Shown here: piece after piece, positions 19,486-30,370 of the stretch
Layout: every line of letters begins with the position of its first letter
How positions within the stretch are numbered: the stretch's first letter is position 1
Assembly (NCBI GenBank): GCA_900548585.1
Contig: URLI01000001.1
Span: 24,529 to 88,528 of the forward strand
Length of the DNA stretch: 64,000 nucleotides
Origin: an uncultured Prevotella sp.
Lineage (GTDB): Bacteria > Bacteroidota > Bacteroidia > Bacteroidales > Bacteroidaceae
Direction: 5' to 3'
Notes under the pieces: generated by a model
The model's database searches: none
Seen by the model: only the letters and a program-made list of their open reading frames with translations
Told to the model about the DNA's origin: nothing
Position numbers and translations under genes: made by a program

Positions 19486-19568
19486 CAAACACGGCGTATT
19501 TGGTAAGTAAACACGGCGTGTTTGGTCAGTAAATTCGGCGTGTTTACTTACCAAACACGCCGAATTTG
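19486..19568. repeat. 22-bp-period array B (4 units)
   Basis: Cores at 19486, 19508, 19530 and 19552 (e.g. CAAACACGCCGAATTTG). Confidence 0.95.
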
Positions 19569-19631
19569 CTTTCTTGCAAGCATCAGACTGCGAGCCACCG
19601 CGCCATCAACTTGCAACCCGAAGGACATCAA

Positions 19632-20948
19632 TCACAAATCGGTTTTCTTCCCGAAAGAAGGGTCTATCCTGACAAATGCGGAAACGGCAAATGTCACCAG
19701 GCAAAGTCCCATTATGATTATGAAGAACATGTTGTAGCCCACGGCATCCTTCAGGTAGCCCGACACCATGCCCGGCAGCATCAGCCCGAGATATGTTATG
19801 CCGGTGCAGATGGCATAGTGGGATGTCTTGAACTCGCCCTTGCAGTAGTACAGCATGTAGAGCGTGAGGGCGGTGAAGCCGAGACCATAGCCAAACTGCT
19901 CCACGAAAAGGCAAGCACTTATGACGAAAAGGCTTGACGGCATGGCGAAACTCATCCACACATAAACGATGTCGGGCAGGGTGATGGCGCACACCATCGG
20001 CCAGAACCACCGCTTGAGACCGTCGCGCCCGGCAAGCATGCCACCTATTATGCCTCCCACCGTCAGCCCTATCAGCCCGACAGTGCCGTTCGCCAGACCA
20101 TAGTCCACAGGCGTGAGTCCCAGCCCTCCCTCGGAGTTGGGGCGCAGCAGGAACGTCGCCGTCATCTTGGTGAGCATCGCCTCGGGCAGGCGGTAGAGCA
20201 GGAAGAAGAGCATTGCGAACACCACCTGGCGCGCCGGGAACTTGCTGAAGAACGTCACGAACATCTCCCTTATCCCCACGAGGACATCGTGTGCGGACGT
20301 CTTTGCGGTCTTGTCCTCCGCAGGTCGAGGCATGATAAAGCCGTGGTAGAGCCAAAACGCGATGAAAAGTCCGGCAAGACCGTAGAACACGAGGCTCCAC
20401 GCGAATGCCTTCTGGTTGCGGAACGTCAGTTGCAGCACACCGGCAACCGGCACGAGAACGCCATTGCCGAATATCACCGCGAGGCGGTAGAACGTGTTGC
20501 GGATGCCAACATACCACGCCTGGTCGTGGTCATCGAGCTCGAGCATGTAGTAACCGTCGGCGGCAATGTCGTGGGTGGCGCTGCTGAATGCCATCAGGAA
20601 AAAGAAGAACATCGTGCCCTGAAACCAGAACGAGGCGTTGAGCGTGAACGCCACGCCGGCAAGCGACGAGCCGAGCAGCGCCTGCATTGTCAGCACCCAC
20701 CACCGTTTCGTCTTGTACAGATCCACGAAGGGGCTCCAGAACGGCTTGATGACCCACGGCAGTCCGAGCCAGCTCGTGTAAAGGCCAATCTCGCTGTCGC
20801 TCATTCCCAACTGCATGTACATCACCACAGCCACCGCCATTACGATGACGTTTGGCAGCCCCTCGGCGATGTAAAGTGTGGGAATCCACGTCCACGGGTT
20901 TCTTCCACACCTGTGTTTTTCCTTATTCAAAAGACGTTCGTCCATCAT
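19632..20948 (-). CDS. AmpG-like MFS permease
   Basis: LPWVIKPFWSPFVD and SATHDIAADG motifs; multi-TM. Confidence 0.85.
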   Translation of the reverse strand: MMDERLLNKEKHRCGRNPWTWIPTLYIAEGLPNVIVMAVAVVMYMQLGMSDSEIGLYTSWLGLPWVIKPFWSPFVDLYKTKRWWVLTMQALLGSSLAGVAFTLNASFWFQGTMFFFFLMAFSSATHDIAADGYYMLELDDHDQAWYVGIRNTFYRLAVIFGNGVLVPVAGVLQLTFRNQKAFAWSLVFYGLAGLFIAFWLYHGFIMPRPAEDKTAKTSAHDVLVGIREMFVTFFSKFPARQVVFAMLFFLLYRLPEAMLTKMTATFLLRPNSEGGLGLTPVDYGLANGTVGLIGLTVGGIIGGMLAGRDGLKRWFWPMVCAITLPDIVYVWMSFAMPSSLFVISACLFVEQFGYGLGFTALTLYMLYYCKGEFKTSHYAICTGITYLGLMLPGMVSGYLKDAVGYNMFFIIIMGLCLVTFAVSAFVRIDPSFGKKTDL

Positions 20949-20996
20949 TTTGTCATTCCTTTCGTTTTTTTACCATATCCGCAAAATTGCCCGGCA

Positions 20997-23900
20997 TCAG
21001 CGGTAAGCCCGCTTTATCTCGGCATCCTTATAGTAATGCAGCAGTATTTCCTCGTAGTTGTAGCCACGCTCGCCCATCACGGCAGCTCCAATCTGGCAGA
21101 GGCCGACGCCGTGCCCCCACCCTTTCCCGTGCAGTGCGAACGTATCGCCGCGTTTCTCCACTTCGAAGTTTGAGCTCAGCAGGTGCGTCTCGCTCAACGC
21201 GCGGCGTATCTCAAGTTCCTTGCCGATGATGAACGAGCCTTTGCTGCCGACTATCTTCAGTCGCCAAATGCGCCCGCTCTTTCCGCGCGCGAGCGGCTGC
21301 AGGTCGATTATCTTCCCGAGGTTCACCTTCAGTTTGTCCTCTATTATGCCCCGCAACCGCGCCTCGGGGTATTCCACCGTCCACTCGTAGAAATCGGTTG
21401 TCTCGCGGTCGTAGTCATTAAGCACCTGCGCGAGTATGCTCTTGTCGCGCGTGTCGCAGAACGCCCTGCCACCTTCCGCCGGCACGTCTGCAACCGAACT
21501 GAGGTAATGCATCGGTGTGTCTTCCCAGCAATACTGGAACTCCTCCGTCACCCCTCCGCAGCATTTCGAGAAACGCGCGTCGCAAATCTCTCCGCCGTAT
21601 GTCAGCACCTGTCCCCTCGTGGCGCGCAACGCCTCGACGACATTCGGCCGCGAGGCATTCGTTATGCCCTGGTAACGCTGGCAATGGTCATCGGCGCACA
21701 CATCGAAGATGGTGTGGTCCTCGCGTCCGTACCATCTTATCAGTTCGCTGTCCGACTTGACGAACGAGAAGAAAGCCCCCTTTCCTCCGCCGTCGCCGGC
21801 ACGCCGCTCCATCTGTGCGAGCAGCCACGAGCGTGAAATCACGGCGTGGGCCTTGAGCAGTTCGGTAGATGCCGACGCGCTCATCTCGCTCGATATAACG
21901 CTCGCGAGATAACTTTCAACGGGCAGCTCGTTGATGGCGCAAATCCTGTCTGCCTCAACCACGAAGCGCAGCGAGCCGAGGAATGTCTGTTTCTGCTTGC
22001 GTTCCCAGTGGAAGTCGCGCCCTATCGTCACGTTGCCTATCGAGAACGAGGCATCAGGCGACTTCGGCCTGAACACCAGTTCGCGGTACTGCTCGCCGTT
22101 CCACAGTATCCCGCCCTCGCAGAACAGCACCTCCTGCGTTCCCGCGAGTGTCTCGCCCTTTGCCGTGTAAGTGCCGTTGAGCGAGAAAACGATTTTCTCC
22201 GCACTCAGTATTCCCACCTGCACCGCCGGCTCTTTCTTGATTCCCGTGTCATGCCGCGATGCCGCATGTTTGTTTTTCAATGTCTCCACCATGGTCTTGA
22301 AACCGTCATCGGATATGGCGACCTCCCTCAGGATGCCCTCTGCCATTGCAGGCGTGATGCGCCCGAAATCCTCCTCGCGCGGCGTTATGATAAGTCCTGC
22401 CATGTCGAGTGCGCCCGGGCTTATCATCATCTGCCCGTCGTTTCCGGCTCCATAGCATTCCGGACGGTGTTTCCTGCGTGGAAGAACCACCATGAGGAAA
22501 TCGTCTCCGCTTCGCCAGCCCACGATGTTCATCATCGGTTCCGTGCCGTCCTCTGCCGGCGGCATCGCCTTGTACAGTTCGCGGAAGAGCCGTTCGCCGG
22601 TCTCCTGCGAGCTGCTCCTGACGAGCAATGCTGGCACGGCATACCCGTCTATCGTCCAAATCCCCTCCCCGTCGTTCAACACGATGGCAGGCGACAGCGT
22701 TCTCGACAGTCGTTGCCACTCCGCCTGCAGTGGCAGCAGCATGCCCGAACCTGCCTGGAAATGCAGATGGTCTGGTGCCGACGCGCCGCACCTGGGACCG
22801 TTATAGAAGACGGTTAGCCCGGGATGCCGCTCCAATATCCTGTACATCTCGCCGTAGTTGCCCACTATCGACTGTGGCTGATGGCGGCGCGACGGTATGG
22901 TGAAATGGCGTGGGAGGATGGGGAAAGGATTGAGCAGCAGTTCAAAGCGCGGGTCCAAGTCCTTGGACATCTGTTCCGCAGGGCGGTTCTTCCCGCACAG
23001 GAAACACGGACGTTCCTCTATCGCCTGCCTGCCGATGTCCGCGCCGGTGGAAACAATCCTCGCGGGGTTGAACTGCACCTTCATTGTCAGCCGTTCCGTC
23101 ACGAGGTCACGCGTCATCACATTCTTCAGGTCCAGGTATCGTTTTTTTGCGTCAGCCCAGGTTTCAATCTGCCTTATGAAGAAACGCCTCAGCGAGCCGT
23201 CGCCATTGTCATTCATCCCGCGCTCGTTCAGCCGCTGCCGCGCCTTCAACTCCATCGTGCGCAGGCGGTCCTTGTACAGGTTGTTGGCATTCACCTTCTC
23301 AACAGACAGTGCGGCGTCGCTGTTCCCTACCCAGCGGCGGCAGAGATAGAGTTCCTTGAATATTCGGCCTATTCGGTACATCCTGCTGAATATCAGCCCC
23401 ATTGCATAGTCTTCGCCGTATGACGTGTTCGGCAGCTTCACTTGCCGCAGGAAAGGGGTGAAGAAAGCGCGCGGCGCACCCAGTCCGTTGATGCGCAGTG
23501 CATTGTTGGGGCCATTCCCGTCGGTCCATTCCGCGTGGCTTATCAGTCCCGGCGGCAGCGTGTTGAGGTCGAAGTCGCACATGCGGTAACTCCCCACCAC
23601 CATCGCCGCACCTTGTTTTGCGAACGCGTCAACCATCTGCTGCAGCGTTGCCGGCGACGAATACAGGTCGTCGCTGTCCAGCTGCACGGCGAAACGCCCG
23701 CAACGTGAGTCGTTCACCGCCACGTTCCAGCAACCGCCTATGCCGAGGTCGGTGCGTTCCGGCACGATGTGTACAAGTCGCCCGTCGGCATATTCGCCAA
23801 GCAGGGCTGTGGTGCGGTCGGTGGAATGGTTGTCCACGACAATGACATTATACTTGAAATCGGTCTTTTGTGCCAGTGCGCTGTCCACTGCGTCGCATAT

Positions 23901-24689
23901 CGTTTTCTCACGGTTTCGCACCGGTATTATGACCGATGCCTCGACGTCGAACGGCTGCTCGTTGAAGTCCGGCACGCCATACGCACCAGTGTCCACCAAC
24001 GCCCCTATCGCCCCGAGGTGCTCCGTGACGGCACGTTCCATCTCCGCCTGCACCTCCTTGTTTGCCGGGTCCACATAGTCGAACTGCTTCACTCCGCTCG
24101 CACGCAGGTCATCCTCGTCCTCGGTGTACAGCGGTTCGTCGATGTGGAACAGTTCGCCGTGGCGGCTGAGATACAGTCGCAGTTCGTAGAAACCGGCATA
24201 CCGGTATTCGGAGGCTGCGTGTCCGTCAACGAAAGAATGCAGGAGACCGGTCCTTACGAGTACGGCTGAGCCGAAATCGAAGTCATCGCGCACGCTGCCG
24301 GGCTGATAATCTATCACGGGATGCGTCGTCCGGCGGCCATTCATTATCTGAAAACGGTCGCTGTAAACCATCGCCGCCCCTGTGTCCCGCGCCACTCTCT
24401 CCATCCGCTGCAGTGCATAAAGTCCAAAATTCAGTGGCGCGGCTTTTGTCACGAGCAGCGAGAAATCAGCCTCGGCACACTCCCCTATCCTGCGTATCGC
24501 GGCGGCCGAGAGGATGCTGTCGGCCTCTATCGCCTCACAGCCATCGGGAACGGCCGTCGCGGCGTTACTACCCTCCGGCGCAACCAGGAAAATCCTGTTC
24601 ACTATGTTACTGCCACGCAGTTCGCCCAAAGTCCCTGCCAGTGCCTCAATGTCGCGGCACGGCAGGAAGCAGTCAATCTTCTGTATCAT
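20997..24689 (-). CDS. Fusion protein: GT2 glycosyltransferase + DUF4922 + SpoIID/LytB domain
   Basis: [22 protein letters not shown] (GT2); [17 protein letters not shown] (DUF4922, HIT-like); [30 protein letters not shown] (SpoIID). Confidence 0.88.
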   Translation of the reverse strand: MIQKIDCFLPCRDIEALAGTLGELRGSNIVNRIFLVAPEGSNAATAVPDGCEAIEADSILSAAAIRRIGECAEADFSLLVTKAAPLNFGLYALQRMERVARDTGAAMVYSDRFQIMNGRRTTHPVIDYQPGSVRDDFDFGSAVLVRTGLLHSFVDGHAASEYRYAGFYELRLYLSRHGELFHIDEPLYTEDEDDLRASGVKQFDYVDPANKEVQAEMERAVTEHLGAIGALVDTGAYGVPDFNEQPFDVEASVIIPVRNREKTICDAVDSALAQKTDFKYNVIVVDNHSTDRTTALLGEYADGRLVHIVPERTDLGIGGCWNVAVNDSRCGRFAVQLDSDDLYSSPATLQQMVDAFAKQGAAMVVGSYRMCDFDLNTLPPGLISHAEWTDGNGPNNALRINGLGAPRAFFTPFLRQVKLPNTSYGEDYAMGLIFSRMYRIGRIFKELYLCRRWVGNSDAALSVEKVNANNLYKDRLRTMELKARQRLNERGMNDNGDGSLRRFFIRQIETWADAKKRYLDLKNVMTRDLVTERLTMKVQFNPARIVSTGADIGRQAIEERPCFLCGKNRPAEQMSKDLDPRFELLLNPFPILPRHFTIPSRRHQPQSIVGNYGEMYRILERHPGLTVFYNGPRCGASAPDHLHFQAGSGMLLPLQAEWQRLSRTLSPAIVLNDGEGIWTIDGYAVPALLVRSSSQETGERLFRELYKAMPPAEDGTEPMMNIVGWRSGDDFLMVVLPRRKHRPECYGAGNDGQMMISPGALDMAGLIITPREEDFGRITPAMAEGILREVAISDDGFKTMVETLKNKHAASRHDTGIKKEPAVQVGILSAEKIVFSLNGTYTAKGETLAGTQEVLFCEGGILWNGEQYRELVFRPKSPDASFSIGNVTIGRDFHWERKQKQTFLGSLRFVVEADRICAINELPVESYLASVISSEMSASASTELLKAHAVISRSWLLAQMERRAGDGGGKGAFFSFVKSDSELIRWYGREDHTIFDVCADDHCQRYQGITNASRPNVVEALRATRGQVLTYGGEICDARFSKCCGGVTEEFQYCWEDTPMHYLSSVADVPAEGGRAFCDTRDKSILAQVLNDYDRETTDFYEWTVEYPEARLRGIIEDKLKVNLGKIIDLQPLARGKSGRIWRLKIVGSKGSFIIGKELEIRRALSETHLLSSNFEVEKRGDTFALHGKGWGHGVGLCQIGAAVMGERGYNYEEILLHYYKDAEIKRAYR

Positions 24690-24798
24690 TTGTGTTTAAT
24701 GAAATATTACACGTGTATCTGGAATACATTTCGATATACACTTCATATCTTTATGTCGTCTGCAATTATTGTCTTGCTGCAGGATATGTCCCATGCCG

Positions 24799-26715
24799 CT
24801 AAGATTTTTTGTCGAGGCTTTCATATACCGAGTGGTTGCTCTTGTATTCCGGCACAATCTGTTTCATCTGTCTCACTGTGAGCATGTTGTCGAACTCATA
24901 ACTGTCATGTATGAGTTGCTCTATCTGTTTTTTCACGGTGTCGAAATCATATTCCCTAACCTTTGCGATCCTTATCTTGTCGTTGAATGTTGGCATGGTT
25001 ATCTCCTTGTCGTTCAGCACCTCCTCGTAGAGTTTCTCGCCGTCACGCAGTCCGGTGAACTCTATCTCTATGTTCTTTGCCCCGCTAAGTCTTATCATGC
25101 GCTTTGCCAGGTCAACTATCTTCACCGGCGCGCCCATGTCGAACACGAACACCTCGCCGCCTTTTCCCATCGTCACTGCCTCAAGAACCAGTTTGCAGGC
25201 CTCGGGGATTAGCATGAAATACCGCAGTATGTCGGGGTGTGTCACGGTGACTGGCCCACCGTTATTTATCTGTTCGCGGAATATCGGTATCACCGAGCCG
25301 TTCGAGCCAAGGACATTGCCGAAGCGCGTTGTCACGAAACGCGTCACCCCGGTCAGTTTGCCTTCCTTTACCGCCCGGTCGAGACTCTGTACATAAATCT
25401 CGCAAATACGTTTCGAGCATCCCATCACATTTGTCGGGTTCACGGCCTTGTCGGTGCTTATCATCACGAATTTCTTAACCTCGTATTTCACCGCGAGGTC
25501 GGCAATGACGCACGTCCCGCAGATGTTGTTCTGCACGCTCTCGCACGGGTTGTCCTCCATCATGGGCACATGCTTGTATGCAGCGGCGTGGAACACATAG
25601 TCGGGGCGGAACTGGTTGAAGATGGTTTCCATGCGCCCCTTGTTGCATATCGTCGTCACGATTGTCTCGGCTTTTACCTCCGGGAAGTCGTTCTTCAGCA
25701 TCAGCCTGACGTTGTGCTGCGGTGTCTCCGCCTGGTCAACAAGTATCAGTTGCGACGGGTGGAACTTTGCCACCTGCCGCACAATCTCGCGCCCTATGCT
25801 CCCTGCGGAGCCTGTCACCATGATCCGCTTCCCTTTCAGCAGGCTCATCATGGCGTCGAGGTCTATGTTTATCTCCTCTCGCGGCAGCAGGTCCTCGACC
25901 TCTATCTCGTGCAGTTGCGAGGCGTAAATGTCGCTCTTGCCGTCCCATTCCGTTGCCAATGGCATCATGAATATGGATATGCCTTTCTCTATTAGCATGT
26001 CAACCAATGCCGTCTGCTTTATGAAGTCGTCTTTTTTCAGCGGTGACACGAAGAAGGTGTCCGCCTTTTCCTTCTCCATCATTTTCAGAAGGTTCCTGTC
26101 GTTGCGATAAACCTTAACGCCCATGAGCATCTTCCCGACGATGTCGCTCGCATCGCTGACGAATCCCTTCAGCTTGTACGACATGTCGGTGTCGTTCAGC
26201 AGCGAGCGCGCTATGCTCACGCCGCCTGTCTTAACGCCATAGATGAACACGCCGCGAGCGTCCTGGTCGCGCTTGTAGAACTCGTACATGTATTTCACTA
26301 TCATGCGCACGGTCCACATCACGGCGGTTGCCAGCACGAACGTCATTGCCAGTTCGCGTATCCTTATCTGTACGAAATAGATGTCATACTTGAACACCTG
26401 CCTCATAAACGCAATGGCAAACCCGCCGATGAAGTTGGCGAAGGCTATGCGGTGGATGTCGGCGAACGACGTGTATCTCATCACCCCCGAGTAGGTGTGG
26501 AAAATCTTGAAGCCTATTATGTAGAACACGAGATAGAACAGCAGTGTCCCTAAAAGCGGCATGAGCTGGCTCGCGGTGGCGGCGGCTCCCCATATCATCG
26601 TGTGGCTCACAAGACCGCTCATCACCACCACAAAGCAGTCGAAGGCGAAGACGCACCAGTATGGCAGCGCGTCCTTGGTGAAATACCACTGTGAGAGTTT
26701 ATAAAACAGTTTCAT
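24799..26715 (-). CDS. Membrane-anchored NDP-sugar 4,6-dehydratase (CapD/PglF family)
   Basis: N-terminal TMs; TGSAGSIG, HAAAYKHVP, STDKAVNP and RFGNVLGS motifs. Confidence 0.93.
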   Translation of the reverse strand: MKLFYKLSQWYFTKDALPYWCVFAFDCFVVVMSGLVSHTMIWGAAATASQLMPLLGTLLFYLVFYIIGFKIFHTYSGVMRYTSFADIHRIAFANFIGGFAIAFMRQVFKYDIYFVQIRIRELAMTFVLATAVMWTVRMIVKYMYEFYKRDQDARGVFIYGVKTGGVSIARSLLNDTDMSYKLKGFVSDASDIVGKMLMGVKVYRNDRNLLKMMEKEKADTFFVSPLKKDDFIKQTALVDMLIEKGISIFMMPLATEWDGKSDIYASQLHEIEVEDLLPREEINIDLDAMMSLLKGKRIMVTGSAGSIGREIVRQVAKFHPSQLILVDQAETPQHNVRLMLKNDFPEVKAETIVTTICNKGRMETIFNQFRPDYVFHAAAYKHVPMMEDNPCESVQNNICGTCVIADLAVKYEVKKFVMISTDKAVNPTNVMGCSKRICEIYVQSLDRAVKEGKLTGVTRFVTTRFGNVLGSNGSVIPIFREQINNGGPVTVTHPDILRYFMLIPEACKLVLEAVTMGKGGEVFVFDMGAPVKIVDLAKRMIRLSGAKNIEIEFTGLRDGEKLYEEVLNDKEITMPTFNDKIRIAKVREYDFDTVKKQIEQLIHDSYEFDNMLTVRQMKQIVPEYKSNHSVYESLDKKS

Positions 26716-26731
26716 TTTATTCTTTTATTAT

Positions 26732-27511
26732 TCAACAGAAATGTTTCCGGAACGCATACAGGGCAAACCTGCATGTGTTGTATGCGGCGCGCCATGCAGG
26801 CAGGTGCTCGTTGATGGTCTGGATGTCATATACCTGCTTCAGGCTCGCCAACTTGTTCGACGACAGCGAATGTCTGACGATGCGGTATTTGACGAGCGGC
26901 TCCTGAATGCAGAAGGCATACGGCACGCGCCTGAGCAGCATCAGCCATGTGGCATAGTCCTGCCCCGACCTGCGCGGCGGCATGGCGAAACGCCCTGTCA
27001 TGTCCCTGTCGATGACAACGCTCGAAGTGGCAATCACGGTCTTATGCAGCAGATAAGAATAATCCACCCTCGCCGGTATGCGCCTCACCTTGCCCTTTGC
27101 CGCCCCCGCCTCGTCAACAGTCTGTATCTCGGTGAAACAGAATGCGAGGCCGCTCTCCTCCATGAGCGCTATCTGCCGGCCTAACTTCTGCGGCTGCCAG
27201 ATGTCGTCACTGTCGAGAAAAGCGATGTATCTGCCCCGCGCTATGTCCATCCCCTTGTTGCGTGCGGCGGCGGCGCCGCTGTTCTTCTCCATGTTGACGA
27301 GCCTTACGCGCCCATCGCCGCAGTGGCGTTTTATGATGTCAACGGAGTCGTCTGTTGAGCAGTCGTTAACGAGAATAAGTTCCCAGTCTGCATAATCCTG
27401 ACTGAGAACCGACATTATTGTCTGTTCAAGGAAGCGTCCGGCATTATACACCGGCACGATGACCGACACCTTCGGCATTCGTTTTCCCCCGCTTTGCAGC
27501 CCCATAATCAA
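26732..27511 (-). CDS. Family 2 glycosyltransferase
   Basis: VSVIVPVYN, NDCSTD and FLDSDD motifs; start may be 27478. Confidence 0.9.
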   Translation of the reverse strand: MIMGLQSGGKRMPKVSVIVPVYNAGRFLEQTIMSVLSQDYADWELILVNDCSTDDSVDIIKRHCGDGRVRLVNMEKNSGAAAARNKGMDIARGRYIAFLDSDDIWQPQKLGRQIALMEESGLAFCFTEIQTVDEAGAAKGKVRRIPARVDYSYLLHKTVIATSSVVIDRDMTGRFAMPPRRSGQDYATWLMLLRRVPYAFCIQEPLVKYRIVRHSLSSNKLASLKQVYDIQTINEHLPAWRAAYNTCRFALYAFRKHFC

Positions 27512-28431
27512 TATATCGGTGTGAGCCAGTCGCTGTATTCCTCATGTTTCCCGGTCAGCACGTCATGGTAGGTGTTGGAAAGCAGCCTTGTAAGCCGCCC
27601 GCATTCACCATCCGCCACGGGGTAGCCGTCGATGCCGACCACCTGCGTTATCTCCATTGCCGAGCCGCACAGGAACGCCTCGTCGCAGATGTATAGTTCC
27701 GTCCGGTCGATGTCCCGCTCAACGGTCCTTATGTCAAGCAGCTCGCGTGCCATGCGTATTATCGTGTCGCGGGTGATGCTCTCCAGCACCGATGCCGTGC
27801 ATGGCGGCGTGACCAGGGTGTTGTCGCGCACCATGAAGAAGCAAGAGCCGGGTCCCTCCGCCACCTTTCCGTGGCAGTTCATCAGTATCGCCGTGTCATA
27901 ACCGTCCTGCCGCGCCTGGAGGTGGGCCATCCTGCTGTTTATGTAGTTTGCCCCCACCTTCGCCCTCGGCGAAAGGTTGCTGTCACTGATGCGCTCCCAC
28001 GAGCTCACCTGGCATTGCAGTCCCTTCTTACCGTCTATCAGCGTGCGTCCCCTCGGGATTGGTGCGATGAACATGTTCACCGGCTCGCACGAGCTCCACG
28101 TACCGCCAAGGCCATCCACAAAGACTGTCTGCCTGACCTGAATGTCTTCCTTGTAGCCGTTGGCACGCACCACATCGACGAGTCCCTTCCTGAAGTCATC
28201 GGTGGTGTAAGGGCTTTTCATGCGGAAAATCTTTATCGAGTTCAGCAGTCTTTTATAGTGGTCGTCCAGCCGGAATGCGTACAGTTGCTGCCTTTCCCCG
28301 TTCCAGTAGCAGCGTATTCCCTCGAATACGTTTGCTCCGAACTGCGCCGTCGGCGAGAGGACGTTTATCATCGCCTCCTTCACCGGGATGAGTTTCCCTC
28401 CCAGCCAAATCAGTCTCTTGTCGTTGTCCAT
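27508..28431 (-). CDS. Class IV PLP aminotransferase (branched-chain amino acid aminotransferase-like)
   Basis: VFEGIR, AKVGANY, AEGPG, LESITR and EAFLCGS motifs. Confidence 0.9.
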   Translation of the reverse strand: MDNDKRLIWLGGKLIPVKEAMINVLSPTAQFGANVFEGIRCYWNGERQQLYAFRLDDHYKRLLNSIKIFRMKSPYTTDDFRKGLVDVVRANGYKEDIQVRQTVFVDGLGGTWSSCEPVNMFIAPIPRGRTLIDGKKGLQCQVSSWERISDSNLSPRAKVGANYINSRMAHLQARQDGYDTAILMNCHGKVAEGPGSCFFMVRDNTLVTPPCTASVLESITRDTIIRMARELLDIRTVERDIDRTELYICDEAFLCGSAMEITQVVGIDGYPVADGECGRLTRLLSNTYHDVLTGKHEEYSDWLTPIY

Positions 28432-28444
28432 ATCTCGTTTTGTT

Positions 28445-29137
28445 TTATTCGTGTGCCAGGCGTATGACCTCCTCTTCCGCCAGTTCGGCAGATTGGCTGT
28501 CGCTTATCCCTGCACCCTTCTTGTTCTCGTATATATTCCTCTGTCTGAAAACGTCAAGGAACGTCTTTATTATTATATATATGTCTATCAGGCATCCCCA
28601 TTTCCTGAACAGGTCTATGTAACGTCCGTCGCAGTCGGCCTTCTTGTCCCACGGCAGCTCGTTGCGTCCCTGCACCTGCGCATAGCCCGTTATGCCCGCC
28701 ACGGCCTCGAAGCGTTTGCGGAAGCGGGCGTTCAGCGTGCCGAAGTCGCCCAACTCGTAGGAGACGCACGGGCGCGGGCCCACTATCGACATGTCGCCTT
28801 TCAGCACATTCACCAGCTGCGGCAGTTCGTCAAGGCTGGTCCTGCGCAGGAATTTCCCCGAACGCGTAACGCGCGGGTCGTCCTCGTAGTTGAACAGTCC
28901 GGGTCCCTGTTTCTCGGCATTGTTCACCATCGAGCGGAACTTGTACATCCTGAATATCCGCCCTCCCTTCGTGCGGCGGTCCTGCCTGAAGATGACGGGG
29001 CCGTCGGAGTCCACCTTTATCCAGATGGCACAAACGGCCAGCAAGGGCGACAGCGCCACAAGCGCCGCCAGCGATGCCGTGAAGTCGAACACCCTCTTGA
29101 GGCATCTGTTCATTGCGACCCATATCCTCATTGCCAT
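28445..29137 (-). CDS. Sugar-phosphate transferase (initiating phosphoglycosyl transferase family)
   Basis: KRVFD, KFRSM and [23 protein letters not shown] motifs. Confidence 0.92.
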   Translation of the reverse strand: MAMRIWVAMNRCLKRVFDFTASLAALVALSPLLAVCAIWIKVDSDGPVIFRQDRRTKGGRIFRMYKFRSMVNNAEKQGPGLFNYEDDPRVTRSGKFLRRTSLDELPQLVNVLKGDMSIVGPRPCVSYELGDFGTLNARFRKRFEAVAGITGYAQVQGRNELPWDKKADCDGRYIDLFRKWGCLIDIYIIIKTFLDVFRQRNIYENKKGAGISDSQSAELAEEEVIRLAHE

Positions 29138-29146
29138 CCTGTCTGT

Positions 29147-30370
29147 TCAGAAAACGTATGTGCGGAAAATGTCGTCGAAAGTCTCCTGCCTCTTCACGAC
29201 CGTCACCCTGCCGTCACGGAGTTCCAGAACCGGGAAATTGGGCAGTATGAACGGTGGCTTCAGCACCACCGAGTAGGACCCCACGTTCTCGAAGGCAACG
29301 AAGTCGCCGACGGCGAGCGCACCCTCGTATCCACGGTACAGATAGTCCGTTTCTATGCAGGTGAACCCGGCAAAGTCGATGTCGCGGTATTCCGCAGCCT
29401 GCCTTCCCTCTTCGTGCATCACCTCAACAGGTGGATTTTTCTTGTTCAGCGTGGGGTTGATGTTGTAAATGCTGCCCATCAGTGTGGCTATATCCTTTCC
29501 GCGTATGTTCTTTATGCTCTCCACACGGGCGACGAAACGCATGGCATCGCCCACCAGAGCGCTGCCCGGCTCTATGAAGAGTTTCGGCTTGCCGCGACGG
29601 CCGCCGAAATGCTTCTCCATAGTGGCTGCAGCCTCCGCTGCGTATTCCATGTATGTGGGTATGGGTGTGTCGAACTGCTTCTTCAGCGAATCCCTCATCT
29701 TTCCGAACATTCCGCCCCCCAGGTCGATGTGGTCAGGCGTGCCGCCGCACAACTTTTCGGCAAGCGCAGCCATGCCATCGGCTCTCGGCCGCCATGTGTC
29801 AAGCCGCCGTGAGGCGAAGTGGCAGTGCAGCCCGGCCACCCGTATGTTCTCAACCGCCTGCAGACGGCTCACCATCTCGCCGAACCCGGGCTTGCGGACA
29901 TCGAAGCCGAAGCGCGAGACAACGCCGTCGTTTATCTCGAAATTGCAGCGTATGCCGACGTTTATTGTTCTGTCCGGGTGAGCGGCGGCTAATTGCAAGA
30001 TGTTGCCAACCTCCACATAGTCGTCAAGGTTGACCACCCCGCCGCCCATAACGACCTCGTTCACGGCATCGGCATTCTTCACCGGGCCGTTGAAATGCAC
30101 CTTGTGCGCGGGGATGCCGAGCCGCCTGGCAATCTCATATTCCATGTCGCTGACCACCTCGGCATATCCTCCCAGTTCCTCCACGAGGCCGCACAGCCTC
30201 GGGATGTAGTTGGTCTTGTAGGAGTAGGCGATGTAGGTTTCAGGGTAGAAACTGCGGAAAGCATCCTGCAACTCCCTGAAATTGAGGGCGAACTGCTCCG
30301 TGTCGAGCAGATAGAACGCCTTGCCGTACTCCTTGCTGATGTCCTTTACTATGTCATAGTCCAGTCTCAT
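29147..30370 (-). CDS. PLP-dependent decarboxylase, diaminopimelate decarboxylase-like (fold type III)
   Basis: YSYKTN PLP lysine, SRFG, HCH, DLGGG, EPG, GFTCIETD and GSY motifs. Confidence 0.85.
   Translation of the reverse strand: MRLDYDIVKDISKEYGKAFYLLDTEQFALNFRELQDAFRSFYPETYIAYSYKTNYIPRLCGLVEELGGYAEVVSDMEYEIARRLGIPAHKVHFNGPVKNADAVNEVVMGGGVVNLDDYVEVGNILQLAAAHPDRTINVGIRCNFEINDGVVSRFGFDVRKPGFGEMVSRLQAVENIRVAGLHCHFASRRLDTWRPRADGMAALAEKLCGGTPDHIDLGGGMFGKMRDSLKKQFDTPIPTYMEYAAEAAATMEKHFGGRRGKPKLFIEPGSALVGDAMRFVARVESIKNIRGKDIATLMGSIYNINPTLNKKNPPVEVMHEEGRQAAEYRDIDFAGFTCIETDYLYRGYEGALAVGDFVAFENVGSYSVVLKPPFILPNFPVLELRDGRVTVVKRQETFDDIFRTYVF

Noticed and set aside
28388..29812. Long + strand ORF (474 aa) and many similar antisense ORFs
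   Set aside because: Shadow frames of GC-rich genes; the opposite strand carries clear family motifs.
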